Positions 9,079 through 20,059 are shown, counted from the first letter of the stretch. The stretch: 64,000 nucleotides of DNA from an uncultured Candidatus Saccharibacteria bacterium (GCA_964356375.1 CAYHGT010000002.1:7056-71055); one strand, 5' to 3'. Made by a program: numbers and translations. The notes: generated by a model not told the origin, from the sequence alone.

Positions 9079-11193
9079 ATGCCAAGAGAATACCCAATTG
9101 AAAAAGTAAGAGATATTGGAATCATCGCTCACATTGATGCGGGAAAAACAACCGTATCGGAGCGCGTGCTTTTTTATACAGGCGTGTCGCACAAAATAGG
9201 CGAGGTACACGAAGGCGAGGCGATTATGGATTGGATGGACCAGGAGCGAGAGCGCGGTATTACGATTACATCGGCTGCGACAACTTGCTTTTGGACGCCA
9301 ACCTATGTGCCCGCAGATAAGAAAAAAGAATTTGAGTATCGCATTAACCTCATTGATACACCCGGACACATTGACTTTACCGTTGAGGTGAAGCGTTCAC
9401 TCCGCGTGCTTGATGGCGCGGTCGTCGTGTTTGATGGCGTGTCTGGTGTGGAACCGCAGTCGGAAACAAACTGGCGCTATGCAGACGAGTACGGTGTACC
9501 GCGCATTTGCTTCATCAACAAACTTGATCGTATGGGTGCGAATTTTGAAAACAGTTTTAATTCTATAATTGAGCGTCTTACTCCGAATGCAATTCCAATA
9601 CAATTGCCAATTGGAATTGAGGAAAATTTAAGTGGCGTCGTAGACCTAATGGAGAAGAAGGCATACAAGTTTGAGGGAGAGCGCGGAGAGCGCACGGTTG
9701 AGGTTCCGATTCCCGATGATATGAAGGAATTGGTGGACAAGAAGCGCCACGAACTTATTGAAAAGATTTCTGAAACGGATGATGTGCTTATCGCAAAGTT
9801 TTTGGATGGCATAGAGCCGACACTTGCCGAACTCAAGAAAGCGCTTCGCGCGGCGACACTCGCAGTGAAAATTGTTCCAGTGCTTGCAGGTTCAGCACTC
9901 AAGAACAAAGGTGTGCAATTTATGTTGGACGCAGTTATTGATTATCTTCCGTCTCCTATTGATTTGCCTCCGATGAAGAGTATAAATTCCGAGACGCACG
10001 CAGAAGAATTTCATCATCCTGATGATAACGAGCCATTGACCGCACTCGCATTCAAGATTGCAACCGATCCGTTTGTGGGTTCGCTCACATTTTTTCGCGT
10101 CTATTCAGGCACATTGAAGAGGGGTAGTTATGTATTGAATGCCACGAAAAATAAACAGGAACGCATTGGTCGTATTGTGCGCATGCACGCAAACCACAGA
10201 GAAGAAGTAGAAGAAATTTATGCAGGCGATATCGGCGCGCTCGTGGGTTTGAAAGACACGACGACGGGAGATAGTTTGACTGATCCTGAGCATCCGACAA
10301 TTTTGGAGCGCATCGTGTTCCCGGAGCCCGTTATCGCAATTCGTATTGAGCCAAAAACAAAAGCGGACCAAGAAAAAATGGGTCTTGCGTTGCACAAGCT
10401 TGCAGAAGAAGACCCGACATTTAAAGTGCACGGAGATGTGGAAACCGGAGAAACAATTATCGCGGGCATGGGTGAACTTCACCTTGAGGTGCTTGTGGAG
10501 CGTATGAAGCGCGAATTTAATGTGGAAGCAAATGTGGGGCGTCCGCAGGTTGCCTATAAGGAAACTATCAAGGGCAAGGGAGATGCGGAAGGTAAATATA
10601 TCAAACAGTCCGGTGGTAAGGGTCAGTACGGACATGTGAAGCTTAGGGTAGAAGCATTGGAACGCGGTGGAGGATTTGAATTCGTGGACGATATTAAGGG
10701 CGGTTCAATTCCAAAAGAATTTATTAACCCGGTTAAAAAGGGTATTGAAGAAACAGTTGCGCGTGGTGTGCTTGCCGGGTATCCAGTGGTAGACGTGAAG
10801 GTCACACTCTACGATGGATCATTTCATGAAGTTGACTCATCAGAATTTGCGTTTAAGATTGCGGGCTCAATGGCATTCCAGGAAGCAACGAAGCAAGCAA
10901 AGCTCATACTCTTGGAACCTGTTATGAAGGTGCAGGCAATCGCGCCCGCAAATTTCTTGGGCGACATCACGGGAGACCTTAGTTCACGAAGAGCGAAAAT
11001 TTCCGCGATGGGTGAGAGAGGTAATCTTCGCGTGATTGATGCAACGTGTCCGATGGCTGAAATGTTTGGCTACGTGACAACGCTTCGCTCAATGACACAG
11101 GGTCGTGGAAGTTTCAGTATGGAATTCTCGCACTACGAAGAAGTCCCAGGCAATGTGGCAATAGCCGTGATTGAAGGGAGACAGAAAAAATAA
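9079..11193 (+). CDS. fusA: elongation factor G
   Basis: [30 protein letters not shown]. Confidence 0.99.
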   Translation: MPREYPIEKVRDIGIIAHIDAGKTTVSERVLFYTGVSHKIGEVHEGEAIMDWMDQERERGITITSAATTCFWTPTYVPADKKKEFEYRINLIDTPGHIDFTVEVKRSLRVLDGAVVVFDGVSGVEPQSETNWRYADEYGVPRICFINKLDRMGANFENSFNSIIERLTPNAIPIQLPIGIEENLSGVVDLMEKKAYKFEGERGERTVEVPIPDDMKELVDKKRHELIEKISETDDVLIAKFLDGIEPTLAELKKALRAATLAVKIVPVLAGSALKNKGVQFMLDAVIDYLPSPIDLPPMKSINSETHAEEFHHPDDNEPLTALAFKIATDPFVGSLTFFRVYSGTLKRGSYVLNATKNKQERIGRIVRMHANHREEVEEIYAGDIGALVGLKDTTTGDSLTDPEHPTILERIVFPEPVIAIRIEPKTKADQEKMGLALHKLAEEDPTFKVHGDVETGETIIAGMGELHLEVLVERMKREFNVEANVGRPQVAYKETIKGKGDAEGKYIKQSGGKGQYGHVKLRVEALERGGGFEFVDDIKGGSIPKEFINPVKKGIEETVARGVLAGYPVVDVKVTLYDGSFHEVDSSEFAFKIAGSMAFQEATKQAKLILLEPVMKVQAIAPANFLGDITGDLSSRRAKISAMGERGNLRVIDATCPMAEMFGYVTTLRSMTQGRGSFSMEFSHYEEVPGNVAIAVIEGRQKK

Positions 11194-11334
11194 CAGTCGG
11201 TAAAAATATAAGTAACTGATAATACAGCGCTGTGCTATAGCCGGCGCTGTATTATAGATGAGAAATAATCTTGACACATTTTTTTGTGTGTTGTATTTTT
11301 GGAACAGCTCTTAATAGCTATAAGGAGGAAGGTA

Positions 11335-12024
11335 ATGAAAAATTTTTCGGGCCCTGAAAAGATGACGGGGATTTCCGTCGCAGCATTTACTGATATGTTG
11401 GGCCTTTCTGATGCTTGGCCGTTTCAACCCGAACATGAATTAAATTGCTGTCGAGCATATACAAACGGTTCTGACGACACGTCCAGTTACGGGGTATATC
11501 GCCAACAAATCATTCTGGAGCAATGGGTTGCGATTTCTTTGAAAAGAATCGAAACCGCCTCCGAGTACAAGGAAATAATGTGGGCCTTAAGCCTCACTCC
11601 AGACCAAATGGTTGGCGTGCGTACCATCGCAAAACAAGCCGCCATTGAGAAATGGTGCGAGATTGCCATGAAGGCGGTTCGGGGCGCGTTTACCTACGAT
11701 CAAATGTGGCGCGTGTCCCGCGAGTGCCCTCCCAACAGTCCTGAGAAGAATGCGCTGCGAGTGAAGTGGCAGGAAATTTCTGCGAAGTGGATAAAAAGAG
11801 CGTCTACGCTCGAAAAGGCGCGACTGGCATACGAACGCTCACTTGATAGAAGTGAAGAGCAAGAAGAAGCGCTTGAAAAGTGGATGAGCTTTTGCACTAC
11901 GATTGAGGACTGGCATCTATTGCGTTTACGTGTTCCAATCGGAAGCGTGGAATCGCATACCGCATTGCGCAAGATGGCTGAGCTCTACGAGCTTATTCCA
12001 GAATCCGAAAACACTTCCTCATAA
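11335..12024 (+). CDS. helical repeat orphan protein (SD-led cassette)
   Basis: TTGACA 11271, AAGGAGG 11322-11328, ATG 11335, repeated A-x-T...S-x-E...A-x-x-KW units, terminator 12034-12060. Confidence 0.8.
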   Translation: MKNFSGPEKMTGISVAAFTDMLGLSDAWPFQPEHELNCCRAYTNGSDDTSSYGVYRQQIILEQWVAISLKRIETASEYKEIMWALSLTPDQMVGVRTIAKQAAIEKWCEIAMKAVRGAFTYDQMWRVSRECPPNSPEKNALRVKWQEISAKWIKRASTLEKARLAYERSLDRSEEQEEALEKWMSFCTTIEDWHLLRLRVPIGSVESHTALRKMAELYELIPESENTSS

Positions 12025-12099
12025 TTAACAATCTCCCCGCACCAAGCGCGGGGAATTTTTATATTTGAAAATCGTTGTGCAATGTTTATAATGATTCGT

Positions 12100-12774
12100 A
12101 TGGATAAAAAGAAATCAGTATTGATACAAGTGGTGGTGGTCTTAGCAATCATCGGTATTGCGATTGGCGCATATACAATGATTGCAAAGAAGGTGGTACC
12201 AAGGAATGATGGGCAGATAGAACAAGCTGTCACGACTTCAACTCCTACGCCTTCTGCGCCCGTCATCACCCGTTCCGCAACCTCAACTGTAAAAAAGGTG
12301 AGTGATATATCACAGCCAACAGCATGGAAAACATACACGAGCGAGAAATATGGATTTGCATTTCAGTATCCTGCACTATCAACGGTGACTCTCGCATCAT
12401 CAAGTAGCTCGGTTGCGACAACGGTGAGCGTGAAATTACAGGATTCAAACATTGCCTACCTTGGCAACGGAAAATTTATTAAATTTCAAGTATACGACAA
12501 GGACTCGTTCGTTCAGTATTCCGAGGCATCTCAATGTAAATCATTTGCGCGAACCTCGCTTACCATAGATGGAAAAACGATGGATATTGTGGAGCATGAT
12601 AAATGTAAGGGTGAGGAGGGCATAATTAGCTCAACACACTACACACATGCGATTATTCCGCTTTCTGACACACAAGACATTGTGTTCACAGCAAGTTTGG
12701 GAAGCTTACCATTTGAAAAAAATGATTTTGTAAATGTAATTTTGAAGACATTCAAGTTTATTCCGCGAACATAA
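12100..12774 (+). CDS. membrane-anchored surface protein with WKTY..GF.FQYP (PsbP-like) motif
   Basis: N-terminal TM, T/S linker; TATAAT 12087-12092 lies 7 nt before ATG. Confidence 0.85.
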   Translation: MDKKKSVLIQVVVVLAIIGIAIGAYTMIAKKVVPRNDGQIEQAVTTSTPTPSAPVITRSATSTVKKVSDISQPTAWKTYTSEKYGFAFQYPALSTVTLASSSSSVATTVSVKLQDSNIAYLGNGKFIKFQVYDKDSFVQYSEASQCKSFARTSLTIDGKTMDIVEHDKCKGEEGIISSTHYTHAIIPLSDTQDIVFTASLGSLPFEKNDFVNVILKTFKFIPRT

Positions 12775-12788
12775 TAACGCGAGAATAA

Positions 12789-12828
12789 AAAATACCGCCA
12801 CTATAGTTAACTATAGTGGCGGTATTTT
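12789..12828. terminator. perfect 40 bp palindrome / terminator
   Basis: AAAATACCGCCACTATAGTT|AACTATAGTGGCGGTATTTT. Confidence 0.8.
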
Positions 12829-12902
12829 GATGGATGAGTTTGACAAATAATCGTTTACTTTATATAACTCATATTAGTTATTTCACAATGAGTGGGTCGC
12901 AC

Positions 12903-13340
12903 ATGAAAGCGCGCAAAAAGATTGAGGAGTTGGAGCTTATGCAAAGCGCACTCGCAGAGAAAATGAGCGTGCTGGCAGACAAGATTAAAAATCTTACACA
13001 CAGGCGCATAGACGTACTTCTAACCCGATGCATCAATCTTCTTATGGGCAACGGTGAAATTACAACTCATTGCACGGATAAAAAGGGCGTAGGGGTTGCG
13101 TTGTTGGCGTACCATAACAGTTCCCTTTCCCTTGAGTGCAACCTCTTTATGTTGTCATCAATGAACGCTTGTTACAGAGTTTCTGCATATTTTGAAGGGT
13201 GGCAGGTGCTTGAATGTGTAGGCCGGTGGACCAAGAAGACAGGTATTGTGGGAACACTATTGATTCTCTACACTCCTGGTGATTGGGAAGACCAGATTCA
13301 AAAAATAAGACCAAAAAAGTGGCAGAAGGATAGCCAATAA
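12903..13340 (+). CDS. hypothetical protein (cassette)
   Basis: TTGACA 12840, TATAAC 12863, GAGTGGG before ATG 12903 (ATG 12888 is an alternative), terminator 13348-13372. Confidence 0.7.
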   Translation: MKARKKIEELELMQSALAEKMSVLADKIKNLTHRRIDVLLTRCINLLMGNGEITTHCTDKKGVGVALLAYHNSSLSLECNLFMLSSMNACYRVSAYFEGWQVLECVGRWTKKTGIVGTLLILYTPGDWEDQIQKIRPKKWQKDSQ

Positions 13341-13447
13341 ATTTCAATGCCCCGCGTATGCGGGGTATTTTTGTACTTGCATCTAGCTCAAGCGTATGCG
13401 ATATTCAAATTGTTCATTCCCAATATTTCTTTCAGAAAGGAGGCGTT

Positions 13448-13804
13448 GTGGGAAACGAAATGTCATTTGTAAATGAGGCGGCTACTTTCGCAACGCGTAT
13501 CGTAAGCGTCGCGCTTCAGCAGTTAGAAAAAATTCAGCAAAATGGAAATTTTAGAGCAAGATACGAAAGCTCGGAAATTCAAGGCAATGATGCGCGAGGG
13601 CGTCAGCTCGTTGCGCTGGACATCGTATTTGACGAACGTGTTCGTGTGAATGCAACCTGTCAGGTTCATTGTGTGGATGGTAGATGGCAGTATGGCATGG
13701 CTAGCATCCTCTTTTTGGATGAAACAAGGGAGTATAAGAAGTTTCACCGAAACTTTTGTGGACGCCTGAATACCGAGAACAAGTTGGAGGTGTACGAATT
13801 GTAA
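13448..13804 (+). CDS. hypothetical protein (SD-led cassette)
   Basis: AAGGAGG 13437-13443, GTG 13448 or ATG 13460, terminator 13823-13854. Confidence 0.7.
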   Translation: MGNEMSFVNEAATFATRIVSVALQQLEKIQQNGNFRARYESSEIQGNDARGRQLVALDIVFDERVRVNATCQVHCVDGRWQYGMASILFLDETREYKKFHRNFCGRLNTENKLEVYEL

Positions 13805-13974
13805 GGTTTTCATTCAATTATTCCGCTCTGCCGTTTGGCGGGGCGGCCTTTTTTACTTGGAGAGGGGGCTACGTTGTATACAGGGTTGACTTTTTTTGAG
13901 GAATAGGTAAGAATTATCCTTGCTTGAAATAAACCTAAACAGGTCGAAAAAAACAAACAAAAAAGCAAAAACAT

Positions 13975-15174
13975 ATGGCAGAAAAAGCAAAATTTGAACG
14001 TACCAAGCCACACGTAAACATTGGTACCATCGGTCACGTTGACCACGGAAAGACCACTCTTACTGCGGCAATTACGCACATCCTTTTTATGAAGGGTCTT
14101 GCAAAGAAAGAAGAGGGGGTCGCTAACATTGACAACGCACCTGAGGAAAAGGCACGCGGTATTACAATCGCGCTCCACCACTCGGAGTATGAGTCAGTGA
14201 AGCGTCACTATGCGCACATTGATGCGCCGGGACACGCGGATTACATCAAAAACATGATTACGGGTGCCGCCCAAATGGATGGCGCAATTCTCGTGGTTGC
14301 TGCAACTGATGGTCCTATGCCCCAGACAAGAGAGCACATCCTTTTGGCCTACCAGGTTGGTGTGCCGAAAATCGTGGTCTTCTTGAACAAGGTTGATATG
14401 GTTGATGATCCTGAAATGTTGGATCTCGTGGAATCAGAAATCCGCGAACTTTTGAAGAAGTACAACTACGATGGTGATGCAACCCCGATTATTCGCGGTT
14501 CTGCATTGAAAGCGCTTGAAGCAAAGACGCTTGATGATCCTGCGGTGAAGCCAATTTTGGATCTTGTGCAAGCTGTTGATGACTTCATCCCTGAGCCAGT
14601 TCGCGAAACCGAAAAGCCGTTCCTTATGCCCATTGAGGACATTTTCTCAATCGAAGGTCGCGGTACCGTCTGCACGGGTCGCGTAGAGCGCGGTATGTTG
14701 AAGGTAAACGAGGAAGTTGAAATCATTGGCTTGAAGCCTACGCAGAAGACAGTAGTAACCGGAATAGAAATGTTCCAGAAGCTTCTTGATGATGCGCAAG
14801 CAGGAGATAACGTTGGTATTCTTCTTCGTGGTTTGAAGAAGGACGACATTGAACGCGGTCAGGTTATTGCTAAGCCTGGTTCCGTAACCCCGCACACAGA
14901 ATTTGAAGCAGAGGTGTATGTTCTTTCCAAGGAGGAAGGTGGACGTCACACTCCGTTCTTCAAAGGTTACAAACCGCAGTTCTACATTCGTACCACAGAC
15001 GTTACCGGTGAAGTAGTTTTACCGGCAGGAGTTGAAATGGTTATGCCTGGCGATACGGTCGGCATCACTGTGAAACTTATTGCGCCAGTTGCGCTTGAAG
15101 AGAAACAGCGTTTTGCAATTCGTGAAGGAGGCAAGACCGTTGGTGCGGGTGCGGTAGTAAAAATTCTTAAGTAA
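13975..15174 (+). CDS. tuf: elongation factor Tu
   Basis: [26 protein letters not shown]. Confidence 0.99.
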   Translation: MAEKAKFERTKPHVNIGTIGHVDHGKTTLTAAITHILFMKGLAKKEEGVANIDNAPEEKARGITIALHHSEYESVKRHYAHIDAPGHADYIKNMITGAAQMDGAILVVAATDGPMPQTREHILLAYQVGVPKIVVFLNKVDMVDDPEMLDLVESEIRELLKKYNYDGDATPIIRGSALKALEAKTLDDPAVKPILDLVQAVDDFIPEPVRETEKPFLMPIEDIFSIEGRGTVCTGRVERGMLKVNEEVEIIGLKPTQKTVVTGIEMFQKLLDDAQAGDNVGILLRGLKKDDIERGQVIAKPGSVTPHTEFEAEVYVLSKEEGGRHTPFFKGYKPQFYIRTTDVTGEVVLPAGVEMVMPGDTVGITVKLIAPVALEEKQRFAIREGGKTVGAGAVVKILK

Positions 15175-15230
15175 TTAAAACCCTACATTCATGCCCCTTC
15201 GGGGGCATGAGTCGCATGGTATACCTATAA

Positions 15231-15563
15231 ATGGCAAAAAGAGACGAGCAACTTCAAAAAGAAAAATTGCGCCTTCGTATTAAATCATACGATGCGAAAC
15301 TCATTGATAGTTCCGTGAGGCAGATTGTTGAGGCAATCAAGCGACAAGGTGGGGACGTAATCGGCCCAATTCCCTTGCCTACAGAGTTCAGGAAATATTC
15401 CGTGAACCGTTCAACATTTGTACACAAAAAATCGGTAGATCAATTTGAACTTCGCGTGCACAAACGCCTTATTGATATTATGAATCCTCAGCAGAAGATT
15501 ATTGAGTCATTAACCAATTTGAATCTTCCCGCTGGAGTTGATGTTGAGATTAAAATGGGCTAA
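15231..15563 (+). CDS. rpsJ: 30S ribosomal protein uS10 (NusE)
   Basis: GPIPLPT, QFELRVHKRLID, LPAGVDVEIK. Confidence 0.97.
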   Translation: MAKRDEQLQKEKLRLRIKSYDAKLIDSSVRQIVEAIKRQGGDVIGPIPLPTEFRKYSVNRSTFVHKKSVDQFELRVHKRLIDIMNPQQKIIESLTNLNLPAGVDVEIKMG

Positions 15564-15584
15564 GTGCGTAGAAAAAGTATTGAT

Positions 15585-15683
15585 CCTGTTAGAGGCAATA
15601 AGCTGTACGGGTATCAATATTTTTTACCCAGCATGAACAACCTCAATTCAACAAAAGATTTGTTGACTTAAGTCTCTAACGGG
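15585..15683. mobile_element. 99 bp MITE-like element
   Basis: TIR CCTGTTAGAG/CTCTAACGGG (9/10), flanked by ATTGAT and ATTGAC. Confidence 0.75.
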
Positions 15684-15684
15684 A

Positions 15685-15713
15685 TTGACTTTAATTGAAG
15701 AGTAATTTACGAT
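15685..15713 (+). promoter_or_regulatory. sigma70 promoter for rplC operon
   Basis: TTGACT-17 bp-TACGAT. Confidence 0.7.
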
Positions 15714-15781
15714 AGGTAAGGTTTAGCCAGATTTTTTCTACCGAAAACAACAGGGCTTGAACCTTGTTGTTTTCATTTAAC

Positions 15782-16213
15782 ATGGAAAAAGTAATTGCAA
15801 AAAAATTGAGAATGTCCCAAATCTGGAAGGACGGAAAGGTAATTCCAGTAACCCCGCTTCTTTGCGAAAAGGGCGATATTGACGCACTTTTTGCGTCGTT
15901 GAAAGACGGCGAATTAGTAATTGTATCTGGCACAAGCCGTGGAAAAGGATTTCAGGGCGTGGTGAAGCGTCACGGTTTTCATGGCGGTCCTAAGTCACAT
16001 GGTCAGAAAGACCGTCTTCGCGCACCAGGTTCTATCGGTCCAACAGCGCCACAGCGCGTGCTTCCGGGAAGAAAAATGGCGGGACACACAGGTAATCGCC
16101 GAGTGACCGTAAAAAATCTTATGGTTGCGGAATTGAAACCAGAAGAAAAAATCGTATTGGTCCGTGGCGCGGTTCCTGGGAATCGTGGTGGTGCAATAGA
16201 ACTTAGAAAATAA
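15782..16213 (+). CDS. rplC: 50S ribosomal protein uL3 (internally shortened, 143 aa)
   Basis: IPVT, GTSRGKGFQGVVKRHGF, RAPGSIG, KMAGH, RGAVPG. Confidence 0.95.
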   Translation: MEKVIAKKLRMSQIWKDGKVIPVTPLLCEKGDIDALFASLKDGELVIVSGTSRGKGFQGVVKRHGFHGGPKSHGQKDRLRAPGSIGPTAPQRVLPGRKMAGHTGNRRVTVKNLMVAELKPEEKIVLVRGAVPGNRGGAIELRK

Positions 16214-16218
16214 GAATT

Positions 16219-16842
16219 ATGACAACCGACATTTACAACCAGGAGCATAAAAAGGTAGGAACGGTAGAATTGCCGAAACCGCTTTTTGGCGCAAAATGGA
16301 ACCCTGATCTCGTGCATCAGGTGATCGTCGCGTATGATGCAAATATCCGTAAAGTAATTGCGGTTGCGCGTGGTCGCGGTGATGTAAGTGGTGGTGGTAA
16401 GAAGCCATACAAACAAAAACACACAGGAAATGCGCGCGCAGGTTCTACCCGTTCTCCAATTTGGAAGGGTGGTGGTGTGTCGCATGGTCCAAAAGCAGAA
16501 CGAGATTTTTCAAAAAAGATAAATAAAAAGATGAAGCGTGGCGCGCTTGCATCGGTATTGTCAAAGAAACTTACTGATGGCGAAGTGCTCATCGTTGATT
16601 CATTGGAATTTAATACACGAAAGACAAAAGATGTAGCGGGTATGCTGAAGAACTTCTTTGATAAAAAGCAGAGCATTCTTTTTGTGTCTAGCAACGAAAA
16701 CAAATCACTTTTCCTCTCAGCAAGAAACATTCCGAAGGTGGAAATCACGCACGCGAGCGAATTGAACGCAAAAAATGTAATATTGCACAAGCATGTGATG
16801 ATTGAAAAGGGCGCGGTAGAAGAATTGTCTAAATCGAAATAA
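16219..16842 (+). CDS. rplD: 50S ribosomal protein uL4
   Basis: VSGGGKKPYKQKHTGNARAGS. Confidence 0.97.
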   Translation: MTTDIYNQEHKKVGTVELPKPLFGAKWNPDLVHQVIVAYDANIRKVIAVARGRGDVSGGGKKPYKQKHTGNARAGSTRSPIWKGGGVSHGPKAERDFSKKINKKMKRGALASVLSKKLTDGEVLIVDSLEFNTRKTKDVAGMLKNFFDKKQSILFVSSNENKSLFLSARNIPKVEITHASELNAKNVILHKHVMIEKGAVEELSKSK

Positions 16843-16853
16843 CGAACACGGCA

Positions 16854-17222
16854 ATGAATATTTTTAAAACTAAAGACGAGCAAAAGGAAGTGAAAACCGA
16901 GGTTTCGGTTGCGCCCGCAAAGAAATCTACGCACGGTGCCGCGCATTCTGTTATCCAGAGTGTTATTAAACGTCCACACGCAAGCGAGAAAGCATATAGT
17001 TTGCATGCGAAAAATCAGTACGTATTTATTGTGGAAAATTCTGCGAATAAAATCCTTGTTAAGGAAGAGGTACAACGCAGATACAACGTAAAAGTGGTTG
17101 ACGTGGATATGCTTGTGAACAAAGGCAAGGTAAAAACTTTCCGCGGTCGCCGTGGAAAAGCAGAGATATCCAAAAAGGCATACGTAACTTTGAAAGAGGG
17201 CGATAAAATAGAAATCGCATAA
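16854..17222 (+). CDS. rplW: 50S ribosomal protein uL23
   Basis: SEKA, ANK, KKAYVTLKEG; operon position. Confidence 0.95.
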   Translation: MNIFKTKDEQKEVKTEVSVAPAKKSTHGAAHSVIQSVIKRPHASEKAYSLHAKNQYVFIVENSANKILVKEEVQRRYNVKVVDVDMLVNKGKVKTFRGRRGKAEISKKAYVTLKEGDKIEIA

Positions 17223-17223
17223 C

Positions 17224-18051
17224 ATGAAACAGTATAAGCCAACAACTCAATCGCGCAGGCACATGACCGTAGTGGACTATGGAACGCTCACAAAAGGTGT
17301 GACGCGTTTAAAGTCACTTACGCGTGGTAGGAGCAATAGGGCGGGACGTAATTCACAGGGTCGCATCACAATGCGTCACCAGGGAGGAGGCAACAAGAAA
17401 ATCTACAGAGAAGTTGATTTTGTACAGAAAAAATTTGGTGTTCCGGGAAAAGTTGAGTCAATTGAATACGATCCATATCGCACTGCATTTATCGCGCGTA
17501 TAAGCTATAAGGATGGTGATCGCAAATATATTTTGGCACCGCACGGAATGAAGGTGGATGATATTATCATTGCGTCGGAAACCGCTGATTTCACATCGGG
17601 CAACCGCACCTCATTGAAGCGTATGCCAGTAGGTACATTCATACACAACATTGAACTTGCGCCAGGCAAGGGTGGGCAGATGGCGCGTTCTGCTGGTTCG
17701 TCAGTCCAGGTACTCGCAAACGAAGATGGTTATACACACTTGAAGATGTTATCGGGTGAAGTACGTAAAGTTTCTTGGGATTGTTATGCAACAATCGGCC
17801 AGGTTTCAAACATTGAACACAACCTTGTGGTGGGTGGTAAAGCTGGACATTCGCGTTGGCTCGGCATTCGTCCGACAGTTCGTGGTAAAGCTATGAACCC
17901 GCGCGATCATCCATACGGTGGTGGAGAAGGTAGTACGCAACGTGGTACGAAGCGTCCAAAGACGAAATGGGGCAAGATTACGGGAGGACGAAAGACTCGT
18001 AACAAGAAGAAATGGTCGTCAAAACTTATCGTATCGCGCAGAAAGAAATAA
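17224..18051 (+). CDS. rplB: 50S ribosomal protein uL2
   Basis: IEYDPYRTA, RPTVRGKAMNPRDHPYGGGEG. Confidence 0.98.
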   Translation: MKQYKPTTQSRRHMTVVDYGTLTKGVTRLKSLTRGRSNRAGRNSQGRITMRHQGGGNKKIYREVDFVQKKFGVPGKVESIEYDPYRTAFIARISYKDGDRKYILAPHGMKVDDIIIASETADFTSGNRTSLKRMPVGTFIHNIELAPGKGGQMARSAGSSVQVLANEDGYTHLKMLSGEVRKVSWDCYATIGQVSNIEHNLVVGGKAGHSRWLGIRPTVRGKAMNPRDHPYGGGEGSTQRGTKRPKTKWGKITGGRKTRNKKKWSSKLIVSRRKK

Positions 18052-18107
18052 AAGTTGTCAGATACGTGCATTACAGATATACTAATCACCGCATTAAATA
18101 AACAATT

Positions 18108-18428
18108 ATGAGCCGTTCAACACGAAAAGGTCCCTGGGTAGACCCGAATATCCTAAAGAAAATCTCCACCATGAAGCATGGCGATCACACCGTCGTAAAG
18201 ACGTGGTCTCGTGATTCAGAAATTTCTCCAGAAATGGTTGGATTTACGTTTGGCATACACAACGGGAAGGACTTCATTGAAGTAACAGTGGGCGAGGATA
18301 TGATTGGCCACAGGTTTGGCGAATTCTCGCTTACACGTAAATTCGTGAAGCATGGTGGAAAGATGCAACGTGATTTGGAAAAGACAAAAACAGCAGCTCC
18401 TGCCGCAACTCCGGTGACGAAAAAATAA
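18108..18428 (+). CDS. rpsS: 30S ribosomal protein uS19
   Basis: RKGPWVD, KTWSR, GHRFGEFS. Confidence 0.97.
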   Translation: MSRSTRKGPWVDPNILKKISTMKHGDHTVVKTWSRDSEISPEMVGFTFGIHNGKDFIEVTVGEDMIGHRFGEFSLTRKFVKHGGKMQRDLEKTKTAAPAATPVTKK

Positions 18429-18436
18429 TAACGAAT

Positions 18437-18952
18437 ATGGAGACCATTATCGCAAAATTGAAATACATGAGGATGTCACCGCGCAAAGCGCGTATTTACG
18501 CGAACATTATTAAGGGTCTCCAGGTAAATGAAGCCGAGGGACAACTTATTTTGTCGCCACATCGCACGCGTGATTATCTTTTACGTCTTTTGCGTAGTGC
18601 GGTTGCAAATGCAACACACAATAATAAACTTAACCCAGACACGCTTTATGTGAAGAACATCATCGTGGATAATGGTCCCATGACATCACGATGGACACCT
18701 CGTGCACGCGGAAGTGTAAGCCAGATACAAAAAAAGACATGTCATGTAACAATTGAGCTTGGTGTGCGTGAGCCGAAAGCAAAGCGATTTACTATAATTA
18801 CAAAAAAGAAAAAGAAAGACGAGAAACCAAAAAAGAAAAAGGGCGGTTCAAAAGATGCAAAGCACGCACATGATGAAAAAGGAGAAGGTGCGGAAAAGCC
18901 AAAAGCAAAGCGAAGTGGCGGTCCGAAGATATTTAGCAGAAAAGTAATTTAG
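18437..18952 (+). CDS. rplV: 50S ribosomal protein uL22 with Lys-rich C-terminal extension
   Basis: SPRKAR, SAVANA, PRARG. Confidence 0.96.
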   Translation: METIIAKLKYMRMSPRKARIYANIIKGLQVNEAEGQLILSPHRTRDYLLRLLRSAVANATHNNKLNPDTLYVKNIIVDNGPMTSRWTPRARGSVSQIQKKTCHVTIELGVREPKAKRFTIITKKKKKDEKPKKKKGGSKDAKHAHDEKGEGAEKPKAKRSGGPKIFSRKVI

Positions 18953-18957
18953 AATGT

Positions 18958-19635
18958 ATGGCACAGAAAATTAAACCAACAACATTACGCATCGGAGTTA
19001 CGCTTCCTTGGGCAAGCCGTTGGTTTTTTACGCGCAAAACAAGATATTTCCTTGAAGAAGATTATGCAATTCGCGAATTTGTGCACGAGAAATTGAAAGA
19101 AGCGGGCGTTGCCGGCATTTTGATTGAGCGCACAAGCGAAGTGGTACGGGTAAGTATTTTGGCAAGCCGTCCAGGTCTTATTATAGGACGCGGTGGCAAA
19201 GGCATTGAAGAACTTCGCGAGAAACTTCTCCGTAAGGTGAAGGCGCTTCGCAAGGCAAACAAAGCGCCAGCCAATTTTACACTCAATTTGAATATAGAAG
19301 AATTAAAACGAACCGAGGTTTCTTCTGCGGTGTTGGCACAGCAGATTGCGACCGATATTGAGCGCCGACAGCCGTATCGCAAGATTATGAAGCGCGCAGT
19401 AGAAACAACGATGCAAAATCGCGACGTGAAGGGAGTAAAGGTAAAACTTTCTGGTCGTTTGAATGGCGCAGAAATTTCGCGTACCGATTGGCTCGCAAAC
19501 GGACGTATGCCACTCCAAACACTCCGCGCAAATATTGATTATGCCGAAGCAACCTCGTTCAATAGTTATGGAACGGTGGGGGTGAAGGTGTGGATTAACA
19601 AAGGAGAAATTTTTGACGAAAAGAAAGGGAAGTAG
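18958..19635 (+). CDS. rpsC: 30S ribosomal protein uS3
   Basis: RPGLIIGRGG, SGRLNGAEISR, PLQTLRA. Confidence 0.98.
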   Translation: MAQKIKPTTLRIGVTLPWASRWFFTRKTRYFLEEDYAIREFVHEKLKEAGVAGILIERTSEVVRVSILASRPGLIIGRGGKGIEELREKLLRKVKALRKANKAPANFTLNLNIEELKRTEVSSAVLAQQIATDIERRQPYRKIMKRAVETTMQNRDVKGVKVKLSGRLNGAEISRTDWLANGRMPLQTLRANIDYAEATSFNSYGTVGVKVWINKGEIFDEKKGK

Positions 19636-19644
19636 TTTTAATAT

Positions 19645-20055
19645 ATGTTACAGCCAAAGAAACAAAAACATAGGAAGCAGCAGAAAGGACGCTCACGAAG
19701 GCGCCTTGTTGAGACGCGCGGATTAACGCTCTCCTACGGCAAATTTGGACTTCAGGCGCTTGAGGCCGCGTGGCTTACAGCGAACCAGATTGAGGCGGGA
19801 AGAAAAACGATTGCGCACTCAATGCATCGCGAAGGTCGTCTTTGGATTCGCATATTTCCTGATAAACCAGTAACGAAGTTACCGCCTGAAGTGACGCTTG
19901 GAGGTGGAAAGGGTGAAATTGATCACTATGTATTTCCGGTGAAGCCTGGAAGAATTCTTTACGAAGTTGATGGCGTGAAGGAAGCCGTTGCAAAGCGCGC
20001 GCTCTTGATGGCGGGGCACAAGATGCCAGTTAAAACAAAATTCATTACACGTTAA
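19645..20055 (+). CDS. rplP: 50S ribosomal protein uL16
   Basis: MLQPK, WIRIFPDKP, GGGKG. Confidence 0.97.
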   Translation: MLQPKKQKHRKQQKGRSRRRLVETRGLTLSYGKFGLQALEAAWLTANQIEAGRKTIAHSMHREGRLWIRIFPDKPVTKLPPEVTLGGGKGEIDHYVFPVKPGRILYEVDGVKEAVAKRALLMAGHKMPVKTKFITR

Positions 20056-20059
20056 AAAT

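Noticed and set aside
16317-17225. 302 aa antisense ORF and other long antisense ORFs
   Set aside because: Shadow frames of well-supported genes such as rplD/rplW.
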